Assembly: GCA_944388995.1 (NCBI GenBank) | Contig: CALXKN010000008.1 | Coordinates: forward strand, 17,160-81,159 | Direction of reading: 5' to 3' | Source of the DNA: an uncultured Spirochaetota bacterium | GTDB taxonomy: Bacteria; Spirochaetota; Spirochaetia; JAFGXN01 | Length of the DNA: 64,000 nucleotides | In this document: piece by piece, positions 63,878-64,000 of the stretch | How positions within the stretch are numbered: the stretch's first letter is position 1 | Layout of the letters: every line of letters starts with the position of its first letter | Notes under the pieces: generated by a model | Databases searched by the model: none | What the model was told of the DNA's origin: nothing | Seen by the model: the letters and a program-made list of their open reading frames with translations, nothing else | Program-made: the position numbers and the translations under genes

Positions 63878-64000
63878 TTATTCTATGCTTTTTGACAGAC
63901 CTTTATACTCAGTATCCCTCTCCGCAAAAATCAACCCGGATTTCCGTACACACCCATTGATGTTGTCAAAGAACTCCTTCTGTACGGAGATAGGGGGAGG
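63878..64000 (-). CDS. 3' end of a gene whose body lies beyond the window edge; its last 40 codons include the 58-bp repeat
   Basis: Only one minus-strand frame is open from 64000: PPPISVQKEFFDNINGCVRKSGLIFAERDTEYKGLSKSIE*. It stops 35 nt before the methyltransferase ATG. Confidence 0.45.
   Translation of the reverse strand, partial: PPPISVQKEFFDNINGCVRKSGLIFAERDTEYKGLSKSIE
63943..64000. repeat. 58-bp junction repeat, copy 2 (may extend past the window)
   Basis: Identical to 60643..60700. Confidence 0.9.

Noticed and set aside
1-64000. Scan for CRISPR arrays, rRNA genes, IS elements or transposases, integrases and prophage genes.
   Set aside because: No regularly spaced direct repeats, no rRNA-like sequence, and no ORF with transposase, integrase or phage-structural motifs were seen on either strand.

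Overview
This 64-kb chromosomal window spans the replication-origin region of a diderm bacterium. By gene content it looks like a Treponema-type spirochaete, but that is an inference and was not checked by any search.

Bases 1-55,200 are ordinary, tightly packed housekeeping DNA.
- The origin cluster is rpmH-rnpA-yidD-yidC-jag and recF-dnaN-dnaA on the minus strand, with gyrB-gyrA diverging on the plus strand.
- An AT-rich dnaA-dnaN spacer is the likely oriC.
- Two perfect parS palindromes lie about 2 kb upstream of parA-parB.
- A tRNA-Ser / SRP-RNA / dnaX-ybaB-recR block follows.
- The rest is RNA-modification genes (rsmI, rsmE, mnmA), thyX, lspA, flgM, pepD, corA, a flavodiiron protein, a GH13-like amylase, lipoproteins and transporters.

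The last ~9 kb (55.2-64.0 kb) is clearly accessory.
- An MNT/HEPN toxin-antitoxin pair is bracketed by two ~166-bp GC-rich direct repeats.
- It is followed by a minus-strand island of polymorphic-toxin immunity genes and toxin relics:
  - a 961-aa protein with four tandem copies of an unrecognised ~150-190 aa module fused to a PoNi-like (DUF1910/DUF1911) immunity domain;
  - a second, frameshifted PoNi-like gene preceded by a toxin-tail remnant;
  - a start-less EsaD/YeeF-type nuclease toxin domain (absent from the ORF track) with its DUF600/YezG-type immunity gene;
  - a second DUF600 paralog, other small genes, segmental duplications and a 58-bp junction repeat;
  - an orphan N6-adenine DNA methyltransferase.

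No rRNA, CRISPR array, transposase or integrase was seen. All family assignments come from motif recognition by eye. No database search was run.
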